64,000 nucleotides of DNA from a bacterium (GTDB lineage: Bacteria > Bacillota_I > Bacilli_A > RFN20 > CAG-826), in the NCBI GenBank assembly GCA_963623195.1, contig CAVFKA010000010.1:64398-128397 (forward strand), given 5' to 3'. Each line of letters starts with the position of its first letter. Position 1 is the stretch's first letter. A program made the position numbers and the translations under genes. Of the stretch, positions 44,685 to 54,607 are shown piece by piece. The notes beneath the pieces were generated by a model that ran no database searches, was not told the DNA's origin, and was given only the letters and a program-made list of their open reading frames with translations.

Positions 44685-44861
44685 TGAAACTAATGTTTCA
44701 ATAAAAGCCTCTTTTGGGTTTGCTAACGCCTAATCTTAAAGGAAATAACATCCTAACTCACGTTAATGTTGGCGCATATGATGAAAACACAAGTACTGAC
44801 GATACTGGTAGTAGAGTAGCAGGAACATATTCCTACACCGACAATTAATCAAAGAACATTA

Positions 44862-44890
44862 AAAGATGTGCTCTAGGGCACATCTTTTTT
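44862..44890 (+). terminator. Rho-independent terminator
   Basis: AAGATGTGC...GCACATCTT plus T-run. Confidence 0.8.
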
Positions 44891-44891
44891 A

Positions 44892-44922
44892 ATTAAAAAC
44901 GGCTCTCCGTTTGGAAAGCCGT
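44892..44922 (-). terminator. Rho-independent terminator of the GPH transporter gene
   Basis: On the minus strand ACGGCT-ttccaaacggag-AGCCGT plus T5. Confidence 0.7.
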
Positions 44923-44929
44923 CATTTAA

Positions 44930-46441
44930 CTATTTCTTTTGGCTTTTATTTTCTTCTTCAGCAAGAATCTTTTGCTCATATGCTTCTTGCTTTGCCGCAT
45001 GTTCTTCTGACAAACGTTTCTTTGTCTCATCCCATTCTTTTCCACGTAATGGGAAGAAATACATAGCAACAAATGAAAGAAGTAACAATATGCCAGTAAT
45101 CAAGAACCAGCAAATGAATAAACCTTCTTTTGCACTTGCAGCTTGGTTTGCATAGTCGATAACCTCAACCGTTTTGCCAGTTATATCATCAACGGCAGAC
45201 ATTTTGAGATCTTTGTTGAAACCAAAAAGCGCAATCATGACAGGGAATAAAGCGGTCGCAATTGAGCCAGCAGGCTTAGTGATGAGAGAATTGATGCCCG
45301 CATAGACTCCTTCGCGTCTAGTTCCGTTATCAACCTCATCTTTATCGATGACGTCCCCGTTGATCATCGGGATGAGATAGATTCCACCTGCTAGACCAAC
45401 CCCACAACAAAGGAAGGTGAAAATAAGCGCATAGAAATATTTCCCAAGGAAAGCACCTAATATGCAGCCAACCCCCATCACGGCAGTCATGATAAGCATT
45501 TCATTACGAAGACCGAGTTTTGGACGCGTGAAATGGAATATGGCAATGCCAATAATCAACCCTAGAGCCAAAGCACCATAAAGAATGATAATAGAAGTGC
45601 CACCCATCCAACCGTTTCCACTTCCATCTATCGCCCACATGCCAGAGACATATGTTAAGCCAACCATCAATGCGTTTTGGGCAAAGATGATCGTCCAGGA
45701 AATCACTTCGAAAAGAAGGAAGGACTTGTTCTTAAGACAAAGTTTCAACCCTTCAAAGAATTTAGGTTGTTTTTCTTCAACAACATAGCCGTTCTCTTTG
45801 TAAAAGAAGGTCGACACAAATGTGATTGCCCCACATAAAAGGCCCATTCCAGCCATAACTAGAGGGAAGATGTTGGAATGATACTCAATAAGCTTGTCTA
45901 GTTGGGAATTAAGAACCATTGGGGCGCCAAAGTTAACAAGTGAGAAGATGATATTAAATAAGAATATCTTGTTTCTTGCTTTGTTGGTGACAGCCATCTC
46001 ATAAGGCATGACGTATATTGCCGATGCGATTGCGGTATAGAGGATATCAAAGAGGAATAATCCTAATAACTCTTGGACAAATAGCCATCCTTGTGAAACT
46101 CCTCCACCTTGAAGGGAAGGTAACCACATCAAAGCATAAATTACCGCCATAATTGGTGCGCCATACCTAATCCAAGGGATACGTCTTCCAAGTTTTGAGT
46201 GGGTCCTATCAGCAAGGAAGCCATAAATTGGGTCATTAATGGCATTCCATATGCCAAAGATGATCCAGACGATCATATTAAGGGTCTCGTCGAGTCCTAA
46301 TTTGTTGACAAAAAGATATTGGAAAGCCGCTCCCTCAGCAAAAGCGCAAAGTAGCCCCGTTCCAGCATTTGCCGCTCCAAGCCATACGGCCGAGGAAGTC
46401 TTTACTTTCTCTTCTCTTTTTGGCAATGTTTGTTGTTCCAT
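44930..46441 (-). CDS. MFS transporter, glycoside-pentoside-hexuronide (GPH) cation symporter type
   Basis: INDPIYGFLADRTHSKLGRRIPW signature, 12 TM helices and a charged C-terminal tail. The start is taken after the upstream gene's TGA (AAGGAGAAATGAATATG). Confidence 0.8.
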   Translation of the reverse strand: MEQQTLPKREEKVKTSSAVWLGAANAGTGLLCAFAEGAAFQYLFVNKLGLDETLNMIVWIIFGIWNAINDPIYGFLADRTHSKLGRRIPWIRYGAPIMAVIYALMWLPSLQGGGVSQGWLFVQELLGLFLFDILYTAIASAIYVMPYEMAVTNKARNKIFLFNIIFSLVNFGAPMVLNSQLDKLIEYHSNIFPLVMAGMGLLCGAITFVSTFFYKENGYVVEEKQPKFFEGLKLCLKNKSFLLFEVISWTIIFAQNALMVGLTYVSGMWAIDGSGNGWMGGTSIIILYGALALGLIIGIAIFHFTRPKLGLRNEMLIMTAVMGVGCILGAFLGKYFYALIFTFLCCGVGLAGGIYLIPMINGDVIDKDEVDNGTRREGVYAGINSLITKPAGSIATALFPVMIALFGFNKDLKMSAVDDITGKTVEVIDYANQAASAKEGLFICWFLITGILLLLSFVAMYFFPLRGKEWDETKKRLSEEHAAKQEAYEQKILAEEENKSQKK

Positions 46442-46443
46442 AT

Positions 46444-47364
46444 TCATTTCTCCTTTCTTATATGATCAACAAAATCATTTACAATTTTTTGATATCTATC
46501 AGAATCTGTTTGAAAACTTAGGGCATGTTCCGCATTAGGAAAGGTCTCTCTCCTTGAGTGAGAAGAAGTTGCTTCATATATATCTAAAGAATGTTCTAAT
46601 GGGATGTATGTATCAGATTCGCCATGGATTATAAGCAATGGGACGTTGCTATTTGATACGGCTTTAAGAGGGATGACCTCCTTATAAGAATAATGGTAGA
46701 GAAGTTTTAAGAAAATATCCGCCCCAAAAAGGAAGAAAGAGGGAATGTGCATGTTTTTCATTAGATGTTTCAAAAGTTTTTCTAAGGATGAAAAACCGCA
46801 ATCTTCAATCGCGAAATCAACATCGCTTGTCTCCTTTAACGCCATCATTACGCATGAGGCGCCTAAACTTTCACCATGTATGCCAATTAACGCATCTTTC
46901 CCTAGTTTCTTTCGGAAATATTCAACTATTGTAGCAATGTCTTTTCCCTCTTTATACCCCATTGTCGTGTATTTGCTTGCACTTTCCCCATGCCCTCTTA
47001 CATCAAATAGATACACGGAAAAGCCAAGTTTGTAGAACATGAGAGCATATTTGACATTCCCTTCCCTAGTCCAGGTGTAGCCATGTGAGGTAATAATCAA
47101 TCCTCTAGGATTTGGGTGAGGGGAATAATCTCCATGGATTAGAAGACCATCAAATGAAGGAATATTCAATTCTTCCCTCTTTAATTCAGGCGTATTTGGA
47201 GGAATTAGCCCTTTCTCTATGTCCACTTGCTTGCAGAATTCCGCACTATAACGTTTAGGGAGAGAAAGATATCTAGCAAGAAAGAAACCGATGACAAAGT
47301 AAAGAATTGTCAAAAAGGCGAAAAAAGATAATGAAATTATGGTAATTAGCAGAGGTAATGACAT
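46444..47364 (-). CDS. Membrane-anchored alpha/beta hydrolase
   Basis: N-terminal TM helix, HGYTW, nucleophile elbow HGESLGA and IIHGESDTYIP. Confidence 0.8.
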   Translation of the reverse strand: MSLPLLITIISLSFFAFLTILYFVIGFFLARYLSLPKRYSAEFCKQVDIEKGLIPPNTPELKREELNIPSFDGLLIHGDYSPHPNPRGLIITSHGYTWTREGNVKYALMFYKLGFSVYLFDVRGHGESASKYTTMGYKEGKDIATIVEYFRKKLGKDALIGIHGESLGASCVMMALKETSDVDFAIEDCGFSSLEKLLKHLMKNMHIPSFFLFGADIFLKLLYHYSYKEVIPLKAVSNSNVPLLIIHGESDTYIPLEHSLDIYEATSSHSRRETFPNAEHALSFQTDSDRYQKIVNDFVDHIRKEK

Positions 47365-47579
47365 CTGATAGACGTATTATAAACCAACAAAGGCCAAATG
47401 GCGATTATTTTCATACCGATTTATCGAAAGAAAATATTCTCTTTTGTTTCCTTAATACATAATAAAACGTTATTTTTCCAATTCATCCTTAAATAGAAAT
47501 GCAAAATAGTTTATATTTATCTCATGAATGAAAATGGTCTTTGGATCATATGCTCATCTAAATAATAAGATTAATAATT

Positions 47580-48527
47580 ATGGAAAAAGAAGTTAGCGTC
47601 ATCGTTCCAATTCATGGAGTTGGGAAATATTTGGATAAATGTCTTGATTCATTATTGAAACAAGATTTTGATAAGCCATATGAGGTCATCTGCGTTAGCG
47701 ATAACTGCAACGACAATTCAGATGAAATCATCGAGAAATACGTCAAAGAGCATCCTGATATGTTCAAATCCATATCCGTTTGCAACAAGAATCCATCAGG
47801 AAGTAGAAATGACGGATTAAAGATTGCGAGTGGCAAATACATCCTTTTTGTCGATGGAGATGACAGCGTGCTTCCTAAATATATTTCCTCTTTATATAAT
47901 TCCGTCATTAAAGACGACTTAGATATAGGCTGTTCAAATTTCTATAACGTCGTCGAAGGAAACGAAAAGAAACTTCATAAGGAATTCACCTCCCATTTCG
48001 TCTTAAGAAAGCAATCATCCATCAAAAAAGCAAGGAAGGCATATGCTTACGACATAAGGATGAGGGGCTTTGTCTGGAACAAGATATATAAGAAGAAGTT
48101 CTTAGATGATAACAACATCACCTTCCATAAGCTTCTTTTGCCATATGACGATGTCAATTTCAATTTCCGTTGCTTTGCTAAAACAAACAAAGACATTGGT
48201 TTTTCTGGATATAGGGGATACCTATATCTCCAAAGAAAGGTTTCCTATACAAAAGGGACTAAGCAACTTGTTTTGATGGATTCAACCATCGCCTGCATAA
48301 CCTACGTTAAGGCATATCAGCTTATCAACCACAATTCTTTCCCATATAAAAATTTCTTTAGGGCCAAGAAATTCTTGCTTAATTACAATTTCTTCATGAA
48401 TAAGAAACAAATCGAGAATTATTCCAAAGTCAAAAAAGAATATAACAAGAAATTCAAAGACATCGTCAATGCTAAATCTCTTTCTGAATTAAATCCTGAA
48501 ATCGTCGGACTTTTTGACAACAAATAA
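47580..48527 (+). CDS. Family-2 glycosyltransferase
   Basis: VSVIVPIHGVGKYLDKCLDSLLKQ..., FVDGDD. Confidence 0.85.
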   Translation: MEKEVSVIVPIHGVGKYLDKCLDSLLKQDFDKPYEVICVSDNCNDNSDEIIEKYVKEHPDMFKSISVCNKNPSGSRNDGLKIASGKYILFVDGDDSVLPKYISSLYNSVIKDDLDIGCSNFYNVVEGNEKKLHKEFTSHFVLRKQSSIKKARKAYAYDIRMRGFVWNKIYKKKFLDDNNITFHKLLLPYDDVNFNFRCFAKTNKDIGFSGYRGYLYLQRKVSYTKGTKQLVLMDSTIACITYVKAYQLINHNSFPYKNFFRAKKFLLNYNFFMNKKQIENYSKVKKEYNKKFKDIVNAKSLSELNPEIVGLFDNK

Positions 48528-48609
48528 AGGAATTTTCAAACATCTAAAAAAGAATTCAAAAATGGATGAATCTTTGACATCATACCAAAGAAAATGGAGC
48601 AAGCTTAAG

Positions 48610-49002
48610 ATGAAACACCATAATGTCGTATGCGCATTGATAGAAAACGATAAAGGAGAAATCTTCGCCTGCAAAAGAGGCCCAGGAAGAGCCTTAGAAA
48701 ACAAATGGGAATTCCCAGGTGGGAAGGTCGAAGAGAATGAAACGCACGAAGAAACAATCATTCGTGAAATAAAAGAAGAACTAAATTCAATAATTGAACC
48801 AATCGAATATATTGGGGAATCCACATACGAATATACAAATATCGACCCGTATCCGTCATTTTCAATAACCTTATATGCATATAGGTGCAAGCTTATTGAA
48901 GGGAGCCTCGCTCTTTCTGAGCATATCGACTCTTGTTGGAAAAAGAAAGAAGATCTCCGAAACCTAGATTTTGCTCCAGCAGATAAACCATTTCTGAAAT
49001 AA
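48610..49002 (+). CDS. NUDIX hydrolase (MutT-like)
   Basis: Nudix box GKWEFPGGKVEENETHEETIIREIKEEL. The ORF opens at 48514, but a 130-aa product from M33 fits the family size. Confidence 0.8.
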   Translation: MKHHNVVCALIENDKGEIFACKRGPGRALENKWEFPGGKVEENETHEETIIREIKEELNSIIEPIEYIGESTYEYTNIDPYPSFSITLYAYRCKLIEGSLALSEHIDSCWKKKEDLRNLDFAPADKPFLK

Positions 49003-49076
49003 ACTTACTGCCGCTATAAACAAGCGGCTTTCTTTTTGCTATAATATTTTTAGCGAATTCAGTGAGGAATTAACAT

Positions 49077-50933
49077 ATGGAATCAAAAGAAATTCTCTAT
49101 AAGCCAAAAGAGCTTTACGAAAGACAATTGAAAGATCAATATCACAAAGGCGCGGAAGAATATTTCGATAAATTGGCAAAAGAAGCCAACACGGATATTC
49201 AAACAAACGCGACGCACGTGAAAGAATATAAGAGCTTGCTTGCAAAGCAAAAAGAAGCAGAGGACAAACTAGGTTCCTCAAAAGGACTTAGAGGCTTCTT
49301 CATTTTCTTGATTGTCGTCACTTTCTTAGCTGCGCTCATTTGCGGAATCGTTGGAGCTATGAACATCTCAAATATGTGGTGGATGTTACTTATTGCTGCA
49401 GCAATGCTTGGATTAGGGATATATCTCATCGTTCATATCACGACCAAAGTCAATAAAGCTATCGCCCAAAGACAAGAAGCAGTTAACAAGTTAAAAGCCG
49501 AAGTTGACGCAAAACTTCAAGAATGCTATGCCGACATGGCTACACTAAATTCATCATTTGATTGGTCTTTGCCTTCAAAAATCATGGAAGACGTCACCAA
49601 CATCATCGATCTTGACCCATATTTTTCCACCCCAAAACTGTATTATCTTCATGATAAATTCGGCTTTGCCACAGAAGACGAGGAAAACGAATCAGTTTTA
49701 GGGATTCTTTCAGGAAACATTCAAGGGAACCCATTTATCTTAAAGAAAACATTGTCGGAACATTATTGCGACAAGACATATACAGGTTCTTTAGTCATTA
49801 CCTGGACGACATATTCAAGAGATTCTAAAGGCAACACGGTTGCTCATCACCATTCGGAAACTTTACACGCCTCAGTTGATCATAAGGCCCCTTTGTATTC
49901 AAAAGGCACAATGCTCGTTTATGGAAATGAGGCAGCCCCTCACCTTCATTTCAGCCGTTCCTCATCTAGCATCAATACATTAGATGCAAAAGGAAGAGAA
50001 AAAGAAGTGAAGAACAAAATGAAGGATATTAGAAAGAAAGCTGACAACGCCATTATAAACGGTTCGACCTTCACTCAAATGGATAATGATGAGTTCGAAG
50101 TATTTTTCGGAGGAACCGACAGAGACAACGAAGTTGAATTCCGTCTCTTATTCACCCCACTTGCCCAAACAAACATGATGGCCTTGCTTTCAGACCCTAA
50201 CCCATATGGCGATGATTTCTATATGAAAAAGGATGGCATGTGTAACTACGTCGTATCTAGACATTCTCAATCCTTCGATTATTCTTCAGACCCAAGCATA
50301 TATACCTCATATGATTACACTGTTTCAAAGAACACGTTCGTTTCATATTGCGACGAATTTATCAAACATCTCTTCTTTGATTTAGCCCCATTACTCTCCA
50401 TCCCTCTATATCAGATGCATAAGCCTAGAGAATATATCTATGAGAAAGATGTCGAATCCAATTATTCATTCTATGAACATGAGGCGATGGCAAACTCCAT
50501 GGATCAATCCCTCTTTATGCCTGAGGGCGCAGATGACTCCTTACCAGTCATGATTAGAGAGACTTCCTCAAGGAAAAACGGCAAGGTCGATATCATCAAT
50601 GTTCATACCTATTCCTATGAAACAACCCCTATGACAGATTATGTCCCTGTCCATGGTGGAGATGGTTGTTGGCATGATGTCCCAGTCCATTGGATCAAAT
50701 ATGACAGAGTGGATGACGATAAGTCTTTCTCTCTTGCATATACTGGCTCTTCAAGAAAGAATTTCAACGACAAGATGAAAGAAAACAGCAAGCTTTCAGG
50801 ACTCGTTAATTCTTCTAAAGCCGCATTCTTCGGACGTGGAATGTTATCGGCGATGTTTGATGAAGAAACGCGTAACGACATCAATGAAATCCTTGATGAG
50901 GTTTTCGAAGAAAAAAATGATGCAAGCAAATAA
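49077..50933 (+). CDS. 618-aa protein of unknown function (coiled-coil N-terminus, two TM helices, large C-terminal domain)
   Basis: Long uninterrupted ORF with a TM pair (FFIFLIVVTFLAALICGIVGA / WWMLLIAAAMLGLGIYLIVHI). No motif recognised. Confidence 0.6.
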   Translation: MESKEILYKPKELYERQLKDQYHKGAEEYFDKLAKEANTDIQTNATHVKEYKSLLAKQKEAEDKLGSSKGLRGFFIFLIVVTFLAALICGIVGAMNISNMWWMLLIAAAMLGLGIYLIVHITTKVNKAIAQRQEAVNKLKAEVDAKLQECYADMATLNSSFDWSLPSKIMEDVTNIIDLDPYFSTPKLYYLHDKFGFATEDEENESVLGILSGNIQGNPFILKKTLSEHYCDKTYTGSLVITWTTYSRDSKGNTVAHHHSETLHASVDHKAPLYSKGTMLVYGNEAAPHLHFSRSSSSINTLDAKGREKEVKNKMKDIRKKADNAIINGSTFTQMDNDEFEVFFGGTDRDNEVEFRLLFTPLAQTNMMALLSDPNPYGDDFYMKKDGMCNYVVSRHSQSFDYSSDPSIYTSYDYTVSKNTFVSYCDEFIKHLFFDLAPLLSIPLYQMHKPREYIYEKDVESNYSFYEHEAMANSMDQSLFMPEGADDSLPVMIRETSSRKNGKVDIINVHTYSYETTPMTDYVPVHGGDGCWHDVPVHWIKYDRVDDDKSFSLAYTGSSRKNFNDKMKENSKLSGLVNSSKAAFFGRGMLSAMFDEETRNDINEILDEVFEEKNDASK

Positions 50934-50979
50934 TTAATGCATATAATATAGGCAGCTTATTTAGAAAGGAAAAATAAAT

Positions 50980-51648
50980 ATGGCACAATTAGATGAAACA
51001 GATGTTAGCTTAGAAAACACCGCTGGCAGAGATGTCCACGTCATTGACAAGAAAGTTCCTGTCGAACTCAATGGCACAGATAAATTTGTTAACGTTGGCG
51101 TTTGGTTCTTATTCATTATCGGAGGTGTTGTTTACACCGTTAAGAAGAATCATGCAAGAAGCTATTTCAAACAACTCGAGCAAAAGATTCAACACGATGC
51201 ATCCACAATCGATAACTACATGGCACAACGTGTTTCCATCCTTCAAAACACAGCAAAACTCCTTGATAAGGCAATCGCTTTAGACAAAGAGACGTTTGTC
51301 GAAGTTGCAAAAGCCCGCTCAGGCGCTTCTAGTGATGCCGATGTCGCTCGTAATGAACTCCAAGGCAAACTTGATATGGCTCAAAATTCCATCAATGTCG
51401 CTTTAGAGAAATACCCAGACCTCAAAGCTCACCAAGAAATCCAAGACGCATTGCAACAAAACTCCTATCTCCAACAAGAAATCACAGCTGCTAGAGAAGT
51501 CTATAACAATGCTGTCGCAAAATGGAATACTGAGATCTTCTCCCTTTGGGCAAAGAAATATGTCGCAGCTCAAGAAGGCTACACAACCCGTATCCCATTC
51601 ATTGCTTCAAAAGAAATCAAAGAAAAAGCAGAAGGCGTATTCTTCTGA
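50980..51648 (+). CDS. lemA: LemA-family protein (with an N-terminal extension)
   Basis: EKYPDLKAHQEIQDALQQ...AAREVYNNAVAKWNTEIFSLWAKKY matches the LemA C-terminal signature. One TM helix. Confidence 0.8.
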   Translation: MAQLDETDVSLENTAGRDVHVIDKKVPVELNGTDKFVNVGVWFLFIIGGVVYTVKKNHARSYFKQLEQKIQHDASTIDNYMAQRVSILQNTAKLLDKAIALDKETFVEVAKARSGASSDADVARNELQGKLDMAQNSINVALEKYPDLKAHQEIQDALQQNSYLQQEITAAREVYNNAVAKWNTEIFSLWAKKYVAAQEGYTTRIPFIASKEIKEKAEGVFF

Positions 51649-51663
51649 TTCTAAGATTATCTC

Positions 51664-51690
51664 AAGGCCACCATTGGTGGTCTTTTTCTT
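51664..51690 (+). terminator. Rho-independent terminator
   Basis: AGGCCACC-att-GGTGGTCT plus T5. Confidence 0.65.
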
Positions 51691-51785
51691 ATGAAAAAAC
51701 TCCTAAAAGAAACCAAAATAGAGGATTTTTTTCATGACTAAAGATAAAAATGATATACTACTACGGAATTTTTAGAGGAAAGAAT

Positions 51786-52232
51786 ATGAAAAAGAACAAA
51801 ATATTAGTTACGTTATTAGCCATATCTGGGTTATTCGCGGGCGGATTAACATCTTGTGGCCAAACGAATGCGGATAATGTTTCAACTTCGTCAATCACCG
51901 AAGATTTGAAAACAAAATACACCCTATATATAGGTACAAACGACAAAGATACTTATAAACCTGTAATGGAATTTGATAAGTGCATCGAGAAAGTCACTGA
52001 AATCTGCGTCAAATACACGGATGGTTGCACAATCTATGAAGCAAACGGCTATTGGAAAGATGAAAAAGGTGAGATAACAAAAGAGCAAACAATCGTTGCT
52101 ATCTTAGAAGATATAACCTTAGAAACCGTTCATAAGGTTTGTGATGATGTAATCGTTGCCTTAAATCAGAATTCAATCCTTATTGAGACTTCATATGTAG
52201 GAACAACTTTTTATTCAACACCTTCGAAATGA
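51786..52232 (+). CDS. Lipoprotein, DUF3574-like
   Basis: Signal peptide with lipobox LTSC (MKKNKILVTLLAISGLFAGGLTSCGQ). The body pattern YTLYIGTND...GCTIYEANGYWKDEKGEITKEQTIV resembles DUF3574. Confidence 0.6.
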   Translation: MKKNKILVTLLAISGLFAGGLTSCGQTNADNVSTSSITEDLKTKYTLYIGTNDKDTYKPVMEFDKCIEKVTEICVKYTDGCTIYEANGYWKDEKGEITKEQTIVAILEDITLETVHKVCDDVIVALNQNSILIETSYVGTTFYSTPSK

Positions 52233-52243
52233 CATAGCATTAA

Positions 52244-52278
52244 AAAGATCCTTAGAGCGAAATCTAAGGATTTTTCTT
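52244..52278 (+). terminator. Rho-independent terminator
   Basis: GATCCTTAG-agcgaaat-CTAAGGATT plus T-run. Confidence 0.75.
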
Positions 52279-52399
52279 TGAATTTATTGATTTGCAATAT
52301 ATTAAGGACGTAAGTTTTAAAAAACCGAAAACTTAAATGCATACCCACGCAATGAAAACTATTGCGATAAAAAAATAGAAACATATAAAATATTAGCAA

Positions 52400-53125
52400 A
52401 TGATAAAAGTTGCGATTGTTGAAGATTCAAAACAAGATTTAAACGATTTATTATCCTGTCTTACCCAATATGAGAAAGAACATTCAGAGGAATTTCAAAT
52501 CGATTCATTTTCCAATGGTTTAGATTTCATTGAGAAATACAATGAAGGATACGACCTGGTTTTCATGGATGTTAATATGCCTTATGAAAACGGTATTAGC
52601 ATTTCTAAACGCTTACGCCTTATTGATAAAGATGTTCCTATTGTTTTCGTAACTCAAATGGCTCAATATGCCATCTCAGCCTTCGATGTAAGTGCTAAGG
52701 ATTACCTTCTTAAACCAATCATATATTCATCTTTTGCTTTTCGCTTTTCCAAAATTCTCGATGGAATAAAAATCAATTCAGGGAATGATGGCGTTTCTTT
52801 TCTAGTTAAAACATCGGATGCACACATTAAAATAAACTCAAACGATATAACTTACGTTGAAGTCGTAAGGCATACTCTTATTTTCCATACGTTGGATGGA
52901 GAATTTGAAACAGGCGGTTCATTGAAAAATATAGAAGCTAAGCTATCTGGTCAAGGAAAGACGTTTGCTAAATGCAACAATTGTTACCTCATTAATCTTA
53001 GATATATTGAAAAAATAGAGAGCGAAACGCTTTATCTTAAAGGGGCGGCATTAAAAATTAGTCGTTCACGCAAAAAAGAATTCATGGATCGCGTTTGTCT
53101 CTATTATGCAGAAGGTGGACATTAA
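52400..53125 (+). CDS. LytTR-family response regulator (cassette 2)
   Basis: Receiver (LVFMDVNMP, LLKP) plus LytTR domain (ITYVEVVRHTLIFHT...CYLINLRYI). Confidence 0.85.
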   Translation: MIKVAIVEDSKQDLNDLLSCLTQYEKEHSEEFQIDSFSNGLDFIEKYNEGYDLVFMDVNMPYENGISISKRLRLIDKDVPIVFVTQMAQYAISAFDVSAKDYLLKPIIYSSFAFRFSKILDGIKINSGNDGVSFLVKTSDAHIKINSNDITYVEVVRHTLIFHTLDGEFETGGSLKNIEAKLSGQGKTFAKCNNCYLINLRYIEKIESETLYLKGAALKISRSRKKEFMDRVCLYYAEGGH

Positions 53126-54435
53126 TGGAATTCCTTAACGCCATTTTTGTTACGCTTCAACAATATCAATTTCGCTTGTTTTGGCCTGAACTTTTATTCA
53201 TGATTCATTTGCCAAAACGCTCATTTTACTGGCTAAGATCGCTGGTTTGGATTCCTTTTTTAATCGTTCCATTTTTCTTTAGTACCTTTTTTACTAGTCC
53301 CTTTTTCAAATTGGGTTTTTATAATTGGAGCTTTTTGCTTTGGTTCGTCTATTCCATTTTTGCTGTCTGCTTTTGCCATAAGACAAATGTTTCAAATTTT
53401 ATTTTTGCTTTGGCCTCTGCCTATACCATTCAGAATTTATTTGTCGACTTCAAATTCTTTATTTACTATATGCTTAGCCCCGATGAAACTCTTTTGTATA
53501 ACATCTTGACGTTCTTGCTAATGGTTGGCATATATGCAATTACATATTTCCTTTTTACGAAACCATGGTCGAAAAAAATCAATGAAGGTTTGAAAATCAA
53601 CCATATATCCTTGGTTGTCATCTCTATTTTTATCCTTCTTTTCCTCAATGTTCTAAGTTCCGTTCTCGTTAATATTACCGATAACACAAAAACACTCGCG
53701 ATAATTTGCCTTCTTTTCTCTATTTGTTCTCTTTTTGTCTTGATGCTTCTTTCTACCGCTTATGACAAATCATATTTTCAATACGAAACCGAAAGCGTTA
53801 AAAAAATGCTGGATGAGTTCGAAAGACAAAGAAAAATATCCGAGCAAACAATCGATATCATTAACATGAAATGCCATGACATGAAACATCAACTTATGGC
53901 TTTAAGAAGTTCAAAAGAAAACATCGATGACGATTTTTATAAAAAAGCAGTAGACTCCATCGCCATATATGATTCTTTCTTTAAGACGGGAAATGAATCC
54001 CTTGATTTGGTTCTTACGGAGAAAAGCCTTCTTTGCAACAAAGAAAACATAAGACTTACGTGTGTTGCGGACGGTGAGGCGATTTCTTTCATGAAGCCAA
54101 GTGATGTTTACTCTTTCTTTGGAAATGCAATAGATAACGCTATGGAATGCCTCGTCAAATATGATAAAAGCAAAAGAGATCTAAGCATAATTGTTAGAAA
54201 AACAAATACAGGTTTTGTTAGCATTACGATTGAAAACTATTGCCAAGAGGATGCCAAGTTTGTAAATGGATTGCCAAAAACCACAAAAAACAATGTCTCA
54301 TTTCATGGCTTTGGAACTAAGAGCATGAAATACATAATCGAAGATATATATCACGGAACTATCTTGATGGAGCGTAAGAAAGATGCATTTTGTGTCTCCG
54401 TGTTGATCCAAATCGATCAAGAAAAGACCAAATGA
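53125..54435 (+). CDS. AgrC/HPK10-like sensor histidine kinase (cassette 2)
   Basis: About 6 TM helices, H-box MKCHDMKHQ, N-box FGNAIDNAMEC and G-box HGFGTKSM. TAATG coupling to the regulator. Confidence 0.8.
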   Translation: MEFLNAIFVTLQQYQFRLFWPELLFMIHLPKRSFYWLRSLVWIPFLIVPFFFSTFFTSPFFKLGFYNWSFLLWFVYSIFAVCFCHKTNVSNFIFALASAYTIQNLFVDFKFFIYYMLSPDETLLYNILTFLLMVGIYAITYFLFTKPWSKKINEGLKINHISLVVISIFILLFLNVLSSVLVNITDNTKTLAIICLLFSICSLFVLMLLSTAYDKSYFQYETESVKKMLDEFERQRKISEQTIDIINMKCHDMKHQLMALRSSKENIDDDFYKKAVDSIAIYDSFFKTGNESLDLVLTEKSLLCNKENIRLTCVADGEAISFMKPSDVYSFFGNAIDNAMECLVKYDKSKRDLSIIVRKTNTGFVSITIENYCQEDAKFVNGLPKTTKNNVSFHGFGTKSMKYIIEDIYHGTILMERKKDAFCVSVLIQIDQEKTK

Positions 54436-54479
54436 ATTCTTTTGAAACGTTAAATTGAAAGCGCTTTATACGCAAACCG

Positions 54480-54528
54480 TGCAAGAAAAACGACAACTTA
54501 TGCAAGAGCAAGAGCAAGTTATGCAGGA
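54480..54528 (+). promoter_or_regulatory. Three TGCA(A/G)GA-centred direct repeats at exact 21-bp phasing; candidate LytTR operator for the cassette-2 glycosidase arm
   Basis: TGCAAGA at 54480, TGCAAGA at 54501 (within ACTTATGCAAGA) and TGCAGGA at 54522 (within AGTTATGCAGGA), about 80 nt upstream of the 54608 start. Confidence 0.5.
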
Positions 54529-54607
54529 ATGAATACTGAGTGTTTTGGGTTTGTTGCACCTTCATTTTTCCCTTTTTAAAATTCAATCAAATCTAAAAGG
54601 AGAAATT

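Noticed and set aside
52233-52399. AgrD-like autoinducing peptide ORF upstream of the cassette-2 regulator
   Set aside because: The only ORF here (52211-52399, minus strand) overlaps the lipoprotein terminator, has no RBS and shows no AgrD-like amphipathic leader or Cys-containing core. It is not convincing.
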